Assembly (NCBI GenBank): GCA_902594515.1
Contig: CACJML010000001.1
Span: 146,977-210,976, forward strand
From: an uncultured SAR86 cluster bacterium
GTDB lineage: Bacteria; Pseudomonadota; Gammaproteobacteria; Magnimaribacterales; D2472
DNA length: 64,000 nucleotides
Direction: 5' to 3'
The translations under genes were made by a program, and so were the position numbers. The notes beneath the pieces are model-generated. The model did no database searches and had not been told where the DNA came from. It worked only from the letters and a program-made list of their open reading frames with translations. Shown piece after piece: positions 41,908 through 52,133 of this stretch; position 1 is the stretch's first letter, and each line of letters opens with the position of its first letter.

Positions 41908-44717
41908 ATCATTTTCTTTAAGAAGCTTCCGGTATAGGATTTTTTTATACTTGATATCTTTTTAGGCGTACCTTGTGCAATAACTTCTCCACCCTCGCTT
42001 CCACCTTCAGGCCCCATATCAATTATCCAGTCACAGTTTTTAACAACATCAAGGTTATGTTCAATAACTAAAACTGTGTTCCCTTGATCAGATAATCTTT
42101 TAAGCACTTGAAGTAAAAGATCTATATCTTGGAAATGGAGCCCAGTAGTTGGTTCGTCAAGTATGAAAAGAGTTTTTCCAGTACTTCTTTTTGATAATTC
42201 TTTTGCAAGTTTTATCCTTTGTGCCTCGCCTCCAGAAAGCGTGGTTGCTGACTGACCCAGTGTAATGTAAGTGAGTCCAACATCAGCGAGGGTCTGAAGT
42301 TTTTTCTTTATGGGTGGAATTGCATCAAAGAACTCTAGTGCTTCCTCAACGGTCATATTGAGTACTTCAGCTATATTTTTGCCTTTATATTTAACCTCAA
42401 GTGTCTGATCATTATATCTTTGGTTATTGCAGGTATCGCACGTAACGTATACATCAGCTAGGAAATGCATTTCAACTTTGATCATTCCATCTCCCTGACA
42501 AGTCTCGCACCTTCCACCTTTCACATTGAAGCTAAATCTACCTGGTTTATAGCCCCTTGATCGTGCTTCTTCAGATTGTGAGAACAAATCTCTTATGTAA
42601 GAAAATAAGCCTGTATAGGTTGCAGGGTTTGATCTGGGAGTTCTTCCAATTGGAGCCTGATCAATTGCTATTACTTTGTCTAAATGCTCTAGCCCTTCTA
42701 TTCCATCACATTTAATTTCTTTTCTTAGCTTAGATTTATTTAAAATGAAGCTCGACATTGGCATCAGAGTTTGATTTATTAAAGATGATTTACCTGATCC
42801 TGAAACCCCAGTAATACAAGTAAAAATACCTATTGGAATATCTACATCAATATTTTTCAAATTATTTTCATGCGCATTTTTTATAGTAATAAAGGAAGAG
42901 GGCTTTTTATTTGAAGCCGGAAAAGAAATCTTTTTTTTCCCACTGAGAAATTGACCAGTAAGAGATTTTTTATTCTTTTCAATCTCATCTACTGAGCCTT
43001 CAGCACAAACTGTTCCACCATGAATGCCTGCACCAGGACCAATATCAATTACATGATCAGCAGCCCTAATAGCCTCTTCATCATGCTCAACAACAAGTAC
43101 TGTATTACCAAGATACTTTAAGTTTTGTAGCGTTTTAATTAATCGAGCGTTATCTCTTTGATGAAGCCCAATTGAAGGCTCATCAAGCACATAGGTAACA
43201 CCTACAAGACCCGAACCTATTTGGCTGGCAAGTCTTATTCTTTGTGATTCTCCTCCGGATAATGATTCGGCACTCCTATCAAGTGTTAAGTAATTCAAAC
43301 CAACATCCAATAAAAAAGAAAGTCGATCATTAATTTCTTTTAGGATTTTTTCAGCAATTTTTTGTTGGGCACCAGAAAGTTTGGTCTTGCCAATAAAGTC
43401 TAAGGCATCCGAAATTTTATAAGTTGTAATTTCACTAATTGATTTTTTATTTACAAATACATTACGAGACTCTTTCTTTAGCCTTGATCCATTACAAGAA
43501 TTGCAATGACTGTCACTAAGCAACTTTGCAAGCTCATTCTTTTGGTAGTCTGAGTCAGTTTCTCTAAATCTTCTTTCAGTGTTTGGAAGCACTCCTTCAA
43601 ATCTATGCTTTCTAACTATTTTGCTACCGCTTCTAAAACGCTTTGAGAAATCTATTTTTTCCTTTGACCCATTAAGAATAATATCTTTGGTTTCCTCGTT
43701 AAGCTCACACCAAGGATCATTCAAACTAAATCCATAAAACTGACTTAAACACTTAAGCTGATGATAGTAGAACCTATTCCTTTTATTCCATCCTTTTATG
43801 GCTCCACCATTAATTGATAGCTCCTCATCATTAATTATTTTCTTTTCATCAAAGTATTGAATAACTCCCAATCCATCACATTTCTCACAAGCTCCAAATG
43901 GATTGTTAAATGAAAACATTCTAGGTTCTAATTCTGGAACCGAATACCCGCATTTTGAGCATGCAAAATTAGATGAAAATGAAACAATTTCATTCTCGTC
44001 AATAAATTCTATCTCAACAATTCCTTCTGAGAGATTTAATGCTGTCTCTAGAGATTCAGCTAGCCTCAATCTAAGATCGTCTTCATCTTTAAGTATTAAT
44101 CTATCAACAACAGCACTTATGTTATGTTTTTGATTTTTATTGAGACTAGGAAATTCTTCTAGTGGTAAAACTAAATCATTTATTTTTGCTCTTACAAATC
44201 CCTCTTTTTTAAGATCTTCATAAACGCCTAAATGCTCACCTTTTTTACCTCTGATTACCGGAGCAAGGACCATGACTTTTTTACCAATATTATTGGTCAA
44301 TATTTCGTTACACATCTCAGTAATTGATTTAGATGCAAGCACTTCATTATGGTCTGGACAAATAGGAGTACCAATCCTTGCAAAAAGTAAACGAAGATAA
44401 TCATAGATTTCAGTAACAGTTCCAACAGTTGACCTGGGATTATGAGAGGTAGACTTTTGCTCTATTGATATGGCAGGCGATAAACCATCAATCTGATCAA
44501 CATCAGGTTTTTCCATCATTGATAGAAACTGTCTTGCATAGGCAGATAGCGATTCTACATAACGTCTTTGACCTTCAGCATAGATTGTGTCGAATGCCAA
44601 AGAAGATTTACCTGAACCAGACAGGCCAGTGATGACCACCAACTTTTCTCTAGGAATATCAACCGAAATATTTTTCAGGTTATGTGTGCGTGCACCTTTT
44701 ACAGAAATTTTTGTCAT
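41904..44717 (-). CDS. uvrA: Excinuclease ABC subunit A
   Basis: Two Walker A motifs ([18 protein letters not shown]), zinc fingers, LSGGESQR and [11 protein letters not shown] signatures. Confidence 0.99.
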   Translation of the reverse strand: MTKISVKGARTHNLKNISVDIPREKLVVITGLSGSGKSSLAFDTIYAEGQRRYVESLSAYARQFLSMMEKPDVDQIDGLSPAISIEQKSTSHNPRSTVGTVTEIYDYLRLLFARIGTPICPDHNEVLASKSITEMCNEILTNNIGKKVMVLAPVIRGKKGEHLGVYEDLKKEGFVRAKINDLVLPLEEFPSLNKNQKHNISAVVDRLILKDEDDLRLRLAESLETALNLSEGIVEIEFIDENEIVSFSSNFACSKCGYSVPELEPRMFSFNNPFGACEKCDGLGVIQYFDEKKIINDEELSINGGAIKGWNKRNRFYYHQLKCLSQFYGFSLNDPWCELNEETKDIILNGSKEKIDFSKRFRSGSKIVRKHRFEGVLPNTERRFRETDSDYQKNELAKLLSDSHCNSCNGSRLKKESRNVFVNKKSISEITTYKISDALDFIGKTKLSGAQQKIAEKILKEINDRLSFLLDVGLNYLTLDRSAESLSGGESQRIRLASQIGSGLVGVTYVLDEPSIGLHQRDNARLIKTLQNLKYLGNTVLVVEHDEEAIRAADHVIDIGPGAGIHGGTVCAEGSVDEIEKNKKSLTGQFLSGKKKISFPASNKKPSSFITIKNAHENNLKNIDVDIPIGIFTCITGVSGSGKSSLINQTLMPMSSFILNKSKLRKEIKCDGIEGLEHLDKVIAIDQAPIGRTPRSNPATYTGLFSYIRDLFSQSEEARSRGYKPGRFSFNVKGGRCETCQGDGMIKVEMHFLADVYVTCDTCNNQRYNDQTLEVKYKGKNIAEVLNMTVEEALEFFDAIPPIKKKLQTLADVGLTYITLGQSATTLSGGEAQRIKLAKELSKRSTGKTLFILDEPTTGLHFQDIDLLLQVLKRLSDQGNTVLVIEHNLDVVKNCDWIIDMGPEGGSEGGEVIAQGTPKKISSIKKSYTGSFLKKMI

Positions 44718-44783
44718 TTAATTAAAGATTCTTACTCAGAGAATTTTATTTCGAGTTAAACTATTAAATTATACGAGGTAATT

Positions 44784-45221
44784 ATGAGTAGAGGAGTAAA
44801 TAAAGTTATTTTAGTTGGAAATTTAGGTCAAAAACCTGAAATTAGATATACCAAAGATTCAAAACCAATTGCATCATTTTCAATTGCTACTTCTGAGTCA
44901 TGGAAAGACAAGACCACAGGAGATATGGTGGAAAAGACTGAGTGGCATAACGTAACTTTTTTTGGACGCATTGCTGAGGTAGCAGAACAATATCTAGATA
45001 AAGGCTCCAAGGTATTTGTTGAAGGTAAGCTTCAGACTGATAAATGGGAAGATGAGAACGGAAATAAACGCTCAGCTACAAAAATAATTGGAAACAATAT
45101 GCAAATGTTGGATTCTAGAGGGTCGAATAACTCGAGTTCATTCGATGAGAGTTCTTCAGTCCAAAATGAAGCCCCTGCTTCACAAGAAGGCTCTTTCTCG
45201 GAAGAAGATATACCATTCTAA
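44784..45221 (+). CDS. ssb: Single-stranded DNA-binding protein
   Basis: [21 protein letters not shown], acidic EEDIPF tail. Confidence 0.98.
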   Translation: MSRGVNKVILVGNLGQKPEIRYTKDSKPIASFSIATSESWKDKTTGDMVEKTEWHNVTFFGRIAEVAEQYLDKGSKVFVEGKLQTDKWEDENGNKRSATKIIGNNMQMLDSRGSNNSSSFDESSSVQNEAPASQEGSFSEEDIPF

Positions 45222-45224
45222 ATT

Positions 45225-46079
45225 TTGGACTTTAAACATATTTCATATGAGAGGGTAGAGAATATTGCCCTCATTACTCTTAACCGGCCAGAAAAACTCA
45301 ATGCATTTACTTTAAGAATGATGCATGAACTTTGTAGTGCATTCGATCAGGTTGATGCTGATGATCAAGTAAAGGCAGCATTGATTACAGGAGCCGGCAG
45401 AGCCTTTTGTGCAGGGGCAGACCTATCAAGTGGCGAAGATACTTTTGTAGATAAATTTGATACTCAAGATTCTCATCCAGAAGACTACAACAAGGATGCT
45501 GGCGGCATACTTACTTTGCGAATGTTTAGATCTTTAAAACCAATAATTACTGCATGCAATGGGGCATCAGTGGGTGTTGGAGCAACAATGCAGCTGGCCG
45601 CAGATATTCGACTTGCATCGACAAAGGCAAGGTTTGGATTTGTCTTTTTAAACAGAGGCATAGTGAACGACGCAAGCAGTTCATGGTTTCTTCCTAAAAT
45701 TGTAGGAATTTCCAAGGCACTTGAGTTGTGCTACTCCGGCAGAATCATCGATGCTCAAGAAGCTAGTGACATCGGTCTTGTAAGTCATATTTTCGAACAT
45801 GAAGAAATGCTAGAACAATCAATAGATTTTTGTAGGAATCTCACACAGGGTTCTGCTCCTGTTTCTGTAGCTGTAGCGAGAAGGCTTTTCTGGAGTTCGT
45901 TGGGAGATGATGGGCCAGAAAGATCACATGAGCTCGAAAGTCAGTTCATTAGCTCAAGAGGGAAGTCCGGTGATGCCAAGGAAGGAGTGAAGTCATTTCT
46001 TGAAAAAAGAGATGCAGAGTTTCCAAATAAAGTCTCAAAAGACTTGCCAAATGATTTTGAAAAAAAAATAGAAAATTAG
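45225..46079 (+). CDS. Crotonase-superfamily enoyl-CoA hydratase/isomerase
   Basis: ITLNRPEKLNA, RAFCAGADL, KPIITACNG, SSWFLPKIVG; TTG start 3 nt after ssb. Confidence 0.88.
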   Translation: MDFKHISYERVENIALITLNRPEKLNAFTLRMMHELCSAFDQVDADDQVKAALITGAGRAFCAGADLSSGEDTFVDKFDTQDSHPEDYNKDAGGILTLRMFRSLKPIITACNGASVGVGATMQLAADIRLASTKARFGFVFLNRGIVNDASSSWFLPKIVGISKALELCYSGRIIDAQEASDIGLVSHIFEHEEMLEQSIDFCRNLTQGSAPVSVAVARRLFWSSLGDDGPERSHELESQFISSRGKSGDAKEGVKSFLEKRDAEFPNKVSKDLPNDFEKKIEN

Positions 46080-46080
46080 A

Positions 46081-47289
46081 TTAATACTTACTGAATACCA
46101 AGCAAGCATTTGTTCCTCCAAAACCAAATGAGTTACTCATTACAGTATTCAGAGTTTGATTTATTGTTTCAGTTACAACATTTAACCCAGCTGCTTCATC
46201 TACCAATTCATTAATATTAATTGAAGGTGCAATAAAATTGTTATTCATCATAATTAGTGAGTAGATCGCCTCTTGTGCGCCGGTAGCACCTAATGAGTGA
46301 CCGGTCATAGATTTGGTTGATGAAATCTTTATCTGCTCGCCTCCGAATACAGATTTAATGGCATTTAGCTCAGCAATATCGCCAACAGGCGTACTGGTTC
46401 CATGAGCATTAATATAATCGGGAGCACTAGAAAGAGTTTTAATTGCTTCTGACATACACCTTTCAGCACCTTCACCTGACGGAGCCACCATATCAAAACC
46501 ATCAGAATTTGCAGAGTAGCCTGAAAGCTCTGCGATTATATTAGCTCCTCTTTGTTTAGCATGATCTTCGCTTTCTAGAATCAGCATGCCTGATCCTCCA
46601 GCGATTACAAATCCATCTCTATTTTTATCAAAGGGCCTAGATGCAATTTCAGGAGAATCATTATATTTTGACGAAAGCGCACCCATTGCATCAAATAATG
46701 AAGACGAGGTCCAATGATCATCTTCAGCTCCGCCAGCGATAATCACATCCTGTTTATCCATACTTATAAGCTCTGCAGCGTGTCCAATACAATGCGCGCT
46801 TGTAGAGCACGCCGATGAAATTGAATAGTTAACTCCTTGAGTTTTTAATGCAGTTCCCATGCATGCGGAGACAGTGCTTCCCATGGTTTTTGTAACCGCA
46901 TATGGACCAATTCTTTTTGGACTCTTCTCTCTTGCAACGTCCGAAGCAATAATTTGAGCTTCTGGTGATGCACCCCCAGATCCAGCTACTATTCCAACCC
47001 TTGTAGGATTAAGTTCTTCCAATTTTATGCCAGAGTGAGTTAGGGCTTCTTTTGCAGAAAGATAACCAAAAGCTGCTGCTTTAGACATGAATCTCATCAG
47101 TTTTCTATCAATTAATTCGGCAAGATCAATATTTACTGACCCAGACACGTGACTTCTCATGCCTAAATCAGAATATTCCTGTTTGAACTTGATGCCAGAA
47201 ACTCCATTTAAGAGGCTATCCTTTACCTTGTCTATGCCGTTACCAATAGCGGAAAGAATACCCATACCAGTAACGACAACTTTCTTCAT
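46081..47289 (-). CDS. fabB: Beta-ketoacyl-ACP synthase I
   Basis: SISSACSTSAHCIG (catalytic Cys), YINAHGTSTPVGD, STKSMTGHSLGA, SNSFGFGGTN; follows fabA. Confidence 0.96.
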   Translation of the reverse strand: MKKVVVTGMGILSAIGNGIDKVKDSLLNGVSGIKFKQEYSDLGMRSHVSGSVNIDLAELIDRKLMRFMSKAAAFGYLSAKEALTHSGIKLEELNPTRVGIVAGSGGASPEAQIIASDVAREKSPKRIGPYAVTKTMGSTVSACMGTALKTQGVNYSISSACSTSAHCIGHAAELISMDKQDVIIAGGAEDDHWTSSSLFDAMGALSSKYNDSPEIASRPFDKNRDGFVIAGGSGMLILESEDHAKQRGANIIAELSGYSANSDGFDMVAPSGEGAERCMSEAIKTLSSAPDYINAHGTSTPVGDIAELNAIKSVFGGEQIKISSTKSMTGHSLGATGAQEAIYSLIMMNNNFIAPSININELVDEAAGLNVVTETINQTLNTVMSNSFGFGGTNACLVFSKY

Positions 47290-47292
47290 TTT

Positions 47293-47814
47293 CTAGAATT
47301 CACTTGTATCTTTAAATAAACCAACTCTTAAACCTTTTGCGCTGTAAACATGTTTCCCATCGACAAACATATCACCATCACCAAAGCCAACAACCGCCCC
47401 TCGATTGACAACTCTTTTCATATCAATCTTGTACTCAACTAACTTTGCCTTTGGAGTTACTTGACCAAAAAATTTAACTTTATCAACACCTAAAGCCCTT
47501 CCGTAGCCAGGTAACTTTAGCCAACACAAATAAAAACCCACCAATTGCCACATAGCGTCTAAACCAAGACATCCGGGCATGACAGGATCCTCTTTAAAGT
47601 GGCAGTCAAAAAACCATAATTTAGGATTTATATTTAAACTTGCCTTTATATGACCATTATCATAAACACCACCACTATCGAATATGCTTTCAATCTCATC
47701 AAACATAAGCATTTGATCTGAGGGAAGCCGTCCGTTTCCAATTCCAAATAACTCACCATCTCCACATGCAATGAGGTCTTTCTTGGAATACTGATTCTGG
47801 GGGATAAATGTCAT
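47293..47814 (-). CDS. fabA: 3-hydroxydecanoyl-ACP dehydratase/isomerase
   Basis: GELFG, QMLMFDEI, WFFDCHFKEDPVMPGCLGLDAMWQL. Confidence 0.97.
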   Translation of the reverse strand: MTFIPQNQYSKKDLIACGDGELFGIGNGRLPSDQMLMFDEIESIFDSGGVYDNGHIKASLNINPKLWFFDCHFKEDPVMPGCLGLDAMWQLVGFYLCWLKLPGYGRALGVDKVKFFGQVTPKAKLVEYKIDMKRVVNRGAVVGFGDGDMFVDGKHVYSAKGLRVGLFKDTSEF

Positions 47815-48782
47815 TTTGAACGTCCGTTCGCAAATTCCAATAATAACATCAATTCATTTTTTGAAGAATGAGAACTTAAATTCTCTACTGCATTGATGGC
47901 TTTTTTTGTTTCTCTATCAATTAGTCTCAATGTTCTTTTTAGTGGATTTTTTTGAATATTCTTACGCAGTTGATCAAAAGTTTTTTTCGACACCTTTTTT
48001 TTGCCAAAATACTTATTAAGTATTTTCTTATCTTCTTTGGAAGCATCTTCCAAAATCTCTAAGTATGGAAGAGTAAACTTTCCTTCAAGATAGTCTTTTA
48101 AATGTTCTTTTCCAATATTTTTATCAAGCTGATAATCTAATAAATCATCCTTTAGTTGAAACACTATTCCCAATATACGCCCATATTTTGCAAGCAAACT
48201 AATATTTTTTTTTGAATAACCACCAATAATACCTCCTGTAACTGATGCTGCTTCAAATAGCCTGCCGGTCTTTAGATAGGCAATTTTCAACAAAGACTTT
48301 TGACTAGGCACGATTTTTTTTGTGAATGAATCAAGCTGTAATATTTCACCCATTGAAATATCATTTGTTGCAGAAGACAATTCCTTTAAAACAAGATTAT
48401 TATCGAGAGAAACCATCAACATAAAAGCTTTTGAATAGATGTAATCTCCTATAAGGACACTGTGCGAGTTTGACCATTTCTTGTTAACAGTTCTAATTCC
48501 TCTTCTTAATTTAGCATCGTCAACAACGTCGTCATGCACCAAGGTTGCTGTATGAAGAAGTTCAATGATTGATGCGAGTTTAACTCTTTTATTGATGGAA
48601 ATTTTTTTGTTTTTGTTGCTTGAGCTACTAAGTGCAATAAGAGCTCTAAGTTTTTTACCTTCTGAACTAAAAATGTAATCGTATAAGCTGTTTACGCTTT
48701 TCTCGTCAGCAACGGAGTTAACAAGTATCTGCTTAACTTTATCAAGCTCTTTTTCTCTAGTTTTAGACAGAAGAAGTTTCAT
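47811..48782 (-). CDS. ispB: Polyprenyl (octaprenyl) diphosphate synthase
   Basis: GKKLRA, ELLHTATLVHDDVVD, FQLKDDLLD; divergent from rplU as for ispB. Confidence 0.92.
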   Translation of the reverse strand: MKLLLSKTREKELDKVKQILVNSVADEKSVNSLYDYIFSSEGKKLRALIALSSSSNKNKKISINKRVKLASIIELLHTATLVHDDVVDDAKLRRGIRTVNKKWSNSHSVLIGDYIYSKAFMLMVSLDNNLVLKELSSATNDISMGEILQLDSFTKKIVPSQKSLLKIAYLKTGRLFEAASVTGGIIGGYSKKNISLLAKYGRILGIVFQLKDDLLDYQLDKNIGKEHLKDYLEGKFTLPYLEILEDASKEDKKILNKYFGKKKVSKKTFDQLRKNIQKNPLKRTLRLIDRETKKAINAVENLSSHSSKNELMLLLEFANGRSK

Positions 48783-48812
48783 AGAATGGTGGCATCAAAT
48801 TATACATAACTA

Positions 48813-48841
48813 TTGATAAATTCAGCATAAAAGCGTATATT
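48813..48841 (+). promoter_or_regulatory. sigma70 promoter of rplU-rpmA-obgE
   Basis: TTGATA-17 nt-TATATT followed by TTGCGACC. Confidence 0.7.
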
Positions 48842-48871
48842 TTGCGACCACCTCTTATAGGTATTTAAAAA

Positions 48872-49186
48872 ATGTATGCAGTAGTAGAACTCAGCGGAAA
48901 ACAGCATAAGGTTGAAGTTGATCAAACCCTAGATATTGACCTTCAGAAAGCAGAAAAAGGTTCAAAGATAACCTTTGAAAATGTTTTGCTGCTTGCTGAT
49001 GGCGACAATGTTCAAATTGGCCAACCTTATTTAGAAAATGCATCTGTAACTGCTGAGGTCATGGATATCGTTAAGGGTGAAAAACTTTCTATCCTAAGAT
49101 TTAGAAGAAGAAAGCACAGCATGAGAAAGATTGGTCACAGGCAAAAATTTACTAAGATCCAAATTAAAGAGATTAAGGCAGGTTAA
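48872..49186 (+). CDS. rplU: 50S ribosomal protein L21
   Basis: [21 protein letters not shown]. Confidence 0.98.
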   Translation: MYAVVELSGKQHKVEVDQTLDIDLQKAEKGSKITFENVLLLADGDNVQIGQPYLENASVTAEVMDIVKGEKLSILRFRRRKHSMRKIGHRQKFTKIQIKEIKAG

Positions 49187-49188
49187 CT

Positions 49189-49446
49189 ATGGCACATAAG
49201 AAAGCAGGTGGTTCCAGTAAAAATGGTCGCGATTCCCAATCCAAGCGCTTAGGAGTAAAGCGTTTTGGAGGACAGTTTGTAAAATCAGGTGAGATCCTGA
49301 TTAGGCAAAGAGGTACCAACACTCACCCTGGAGAAAATGTTGGTATTGGCAAGGATCATACTTTGTTTGCTACTTCCGAAGGCATAGTTTCTTTTACCTA
49401 TAAAGGCCCAAAACAAAGAAAGACTGTTAACGTCACTCCTCAGTAG
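49189..49446 (+). CDS. rpmA: 50S ribosomal protein L27
   Basis: [21 protein letters not shown]. Confidence 0.99.
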   Translation: MAHKKAGGSSKNGRDSQSKRLGVKRFGGQFVKSGEILIRQRGTNTHPGENVGIGKDHTLFATSEGIVSFTYKGPKQRKTVNVTPQ

Positions 49447-49447
49447 A

Positions 49448-50452
49448 ATGAACTTCATTGATGAGGCTCTGCTTGAAGTCAGGGCCGGTAATGGTGGTTC
49501 CGGATGTCTTAGCTTTCGTCGTGAAAAATACATTCCCCGTGGCGGACCTGATGGTGGGGATGGTGGTAAAGGTGGGAGTGTAATTATAAAAGTAGATCAA
49601 GGCATGAATACCTTGGTTGACTATCAAAACAAAAAAGTCTTTGCAGCAAAAAATGGTACATCAGGCTCAGGTAGAAATAGGTCGGGTCAAGACGGAGATA
49701 ACCTTATTATTTCAGTTCCTCTGGGTACCGTCATCATTGATGATTCCTCAAATACGACTATCTTCGATTGCTCAGACCCTAGTAAAGATTATTTGATAGC
49801 AAAAGGAGGTGACGGCGGACTAGGTAATGCTCGTTTTAAAAGTTCCACTAATCAAGCGCCAAGAAAAATAACTCCAGGATATGAGGGGGATTCGATTACG
49901 ATAAGATTGGAATTACGATCTTTTGCTGACGTTGGTTTAGTTGGATTTCCTAATGCAGGAAAATCTACTTTCTTAAATTCTGTCTCAGCTGCTAAACCTA
50001 AAATAGGGGATTATCCTTTCACTACACTTAAACCAAACCTAGGGACAATCAAGTATTTTGATAAATCATATGTAATTGCAGATATCCCTGGTTTAATTGA
50101 AGGCGCATCTACTGGCTTAGGTCTTGGTATTAAATTTCTAAAACATATCTCAAGAACAAAAAGTCTGATCATTTTTTTAGATCCTAAAAATCCTAAAATT
50201 GGAATGCTTGATCAATTTAAAATCCTTACCAACGAGCTTCTAACGTTTGATAAAGCACTCATCGAAAAGAAAATTTGGATAGTGATCAATAAAAATGATC
50301 TGTTAGACGAAAATGGAAATGCTGAAGCTGAATCATTAAAGGGTCAATTAAATGATCTTGAAATTAACTATCAGGATTTATTAACTATTTCAGGATATAC
50401 CAGAAATAATATCGATGAGTTGTTCAACTCTTTATTTAAAGAAAAAAATTAA
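49448..50452 (+). CDS. obgE: GTPase ObgE/CgtA (no C-terminal extension)
   Basis: Gly-rich Obg fold GGPDGGDGG, GFPNAGKST, DYPFTT, DIPG, NKND. Confidence 0.97.
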   Translation: MNFIDEALLEVRAGNGGSGCLSFRREKYIPRGGPDGGDGGKGGSVIIKVDQGMNTLVDYQNKKVFAAKNGTSGSGRNRSGQDGDNLIISVPLGTVIIDDSSNTTIFDCSDPSKDYLIAKGGDGGLGNARFKSSTNQAPRKITPGYEGDSITIRLELRSFADVGLVGFPNAGKSTFLNSVSAAKPKIGDYPFTTLKPNLGTIKYFDKSYVIADIPGLIEGASTGLGLGIKFLKHISRTKSLIIFLDPKNPKIGMLDQFKILTNELLTFDKALIEKKIWIVINKNDLLDENGNAEAESLKGQLNDLEINYQDLLTISGYTRNNIDELFNSLFKEKN

Positions 50453-50453
50453 C

Positions 50454-50714
50454 TTATATTGATCGAACTGCTTTAACCAATCTGCTCTTGGTTCGAGCAG
50501 CAGCATTTTTATGAATGACTTTCTTTGACGCAGTTGCGTCAAGTACTTTTTCAGCTTCTTTAAGAAGGCTTGAAGCAAGCTCTTTATCATTTTGAATGAT
50601 TGCATTTCTTACAGCTTTAACTGCAGTTCTAGCTCGTGCTCTTTGAGCATGTTTGAGCTTATACCTAGCATCATTCTGCCTAGCTCTTTTTATTGATTGT
50701 TTTGTATTCGCCAT
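50454..50714 (-). CDS. rpsT: 30S ribosomal protein S20
   Basis: MANTKQSIKRARQ, IHKNAAARTKSRL. Confidence 0.98.
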   Translation of the reverse strand: MANTKQSIKRARQNDARYKLKHAQRARARTAVKAVRNAIIQNDKELASSLLKEAEKVLDATASKKVIHKNAAARTKSRLVKAVRSI

Positions 50715-50732
50715 AAAATGAAACGCTAGTTT

Positions 50733-50761
50733 AATGATCTTAGGTAAGTATGTCTAGAAAT
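50733..50761 (-). promoter_or_regulatory. Possible sigma70 promoter of rpsT
   Basis: Minus strand TAGACA-17 nt-TAAACT upstream of the ATG; coordinates approximate. Confidence 0.5.
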
Positions 50762-50811
50762 TAAAGAAGATATTTGCGCTAGTTTTTTAACTTATCTATT
50801 TAAACCTATGA

Positions 50812-51163
50812 TGGTGGAGGCGGCGGGAATTGAACCCGCGTCCGTTAGTTCTTCAACCTAACTTCTACATGCTTAGCTTTTTCTTTGTGTTTCGTATCAA
50901 TGATCCGAAAAGCAGGATATTTAATACTAGCCTAAATAAAATTTTAGATTTTAATCGTTAAGGCACCGAAAAAAATCCTAGACTATGAAATTTCCCAGTA
51001 CTTCAAACCATAGTCAATTTTTGTACTGGTTAGCCAATTAAGCGGCTAATGCGTAGTTGTCGTTTTCTGCAACTAAATTTTTTGTGATACGTTTTACAAG
51101 AGTTATCACGATCTTGGCATGCGCTTTGGAATCCAATAAAAACGTCGAACCCAATTCGCCCCC
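50812..51163 (-). ncRNA. ssrA: tmRNA, one-piece, 352 nt; tag (A)AENDNYALAA encoded at 51038-51070
   Basis: 5' GGGGGCG pairs with 3' CGCCTCC-A-CCA including G3.U70; T-arm GCGGGTTCAATTCCCGC; resume context TAGTT-GCA, tag ORF ending TAA; TATAAT upstream at 51176-51181. Confidence 0.97.
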
Positions 51164-51189
51164 ATGGGGTGCAAGATTATATATGAATT

Positions 51190-51651
51190 TTATAATTTAT
51201 TAGAATTTTTAAGAATTCTGCTTTTTTGTCTTTCCCAATCTCTTTTTTTGATGTCTTCTCTTTGATCAAACTTTTTCTTTCCCTTACCAATAGCAATGTC
51301 GCACTTAACTTTATTATTTTTCCAATAAAGCTTAGTTAGGACGCATGTTTCCCCTTTTTTACTAACCGCATCACTAATTGAAAAGATTTCTTTTTTATGC
51401 AGAAGCAGTTTTCTTGATCGAGTAATGTCAACTTGATCTTGAATAGATCCAGGTGCATCAATCTTTAGGCCAATTAACCAAGCCTCATCATCTTTCAGCG
51501 TCACATAAGTATCTTTTGCATCAACCTTTCCCATTCTCAAACTTTTAACTTCCCAACCCTCAAGCGCAATACCTGCTTGAAATGTCTCATTCAAGGAAAA
51601 GTTCCTTCGAGCATTTTTATTTAATACAATTGTATGATCGGGTTTAGTCAT
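51190..51651 (-). CDS. smpB: SsrA-binding protein
   Basis: NKNARRNF, AGIALEGWEVKSLR, RSRKLLLHKKEI, GKGKKKFDQRE. Confidence 0.97.
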   Translation of the reverse strand: MTKPDHTIVLNKNARRNFSLNETFQAGIALEGWEVKSLRMGKVDAKDTYVTLKDDEAWLIGLKIDAPGSIQDQVDITRSRKLLLHKKEIFSISDAVSKKGETCVLTKLYWKNNKVKCDIAIGKGKKKFDQREDIKKRDWERQKSRILKNSNKL

Positions 51652-51689
51652 ATCCGTTAATAATACTACCTATCTTCGTTAATTTATAA

Positions 51690-52130
51690 ATGGAAAACAT
51701 AAAGAAAAAAAACTTTTATATTTATCTAGGTCTGTCACTTTTTATTTTTTTAGCTATTGCTCCATGGATTTTGACGCATGAACTGTCTTCATTTTTATTA
51801 AGATCATTTAATGCATATCTAGCAATAGTAATAAGCTTTATTGCTGGAAGTTTGTGGTGGAGAGATAATCTCAAAAAAGACATTCATCTAGAGGCTATTG
51901 TTATATCCATGCTTGCCTTCTTAGGAATTATGATTTTTGAATTCAGTCAAGGCATAGCAATTATTTTGCAAATTGTCTTGATAAATTTTTTATTAAGATT
52001 TGAGCTAAAAGTCATTAATGAGGATGAAAATATCATGAGTTACATTGAGACTAGAAAGCTAGCTACTTATATAATTACAATATTGTGTGTAATGCAGATA
52101 GCCTACTTATTTAATCCTTACGTAAATTAA
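51690..52130 (+). CDS. Small integral membrane protein, DUF3429-like
   Basis: 4-5 hydrophobic helices; AYLAIVISFIAGSLW and YIETRKLAT resemble DUF3429 motifs (recognised by eye). Confidence 0.55.
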   Translation: MENIKKKNFYIYLGLSLFIFLAIAPWILTHELSSFLLRSFNAYLAIVISFIAGSLWWRDNLKKDIHLEAIVISMLAFLGIMIFEFSQGIAIILQIVLINFLLRFELKVINEDENIMSYIETRKLATYIITILCVMQIAYLFNPYVN

Positions 52131-52133
52131 AAA

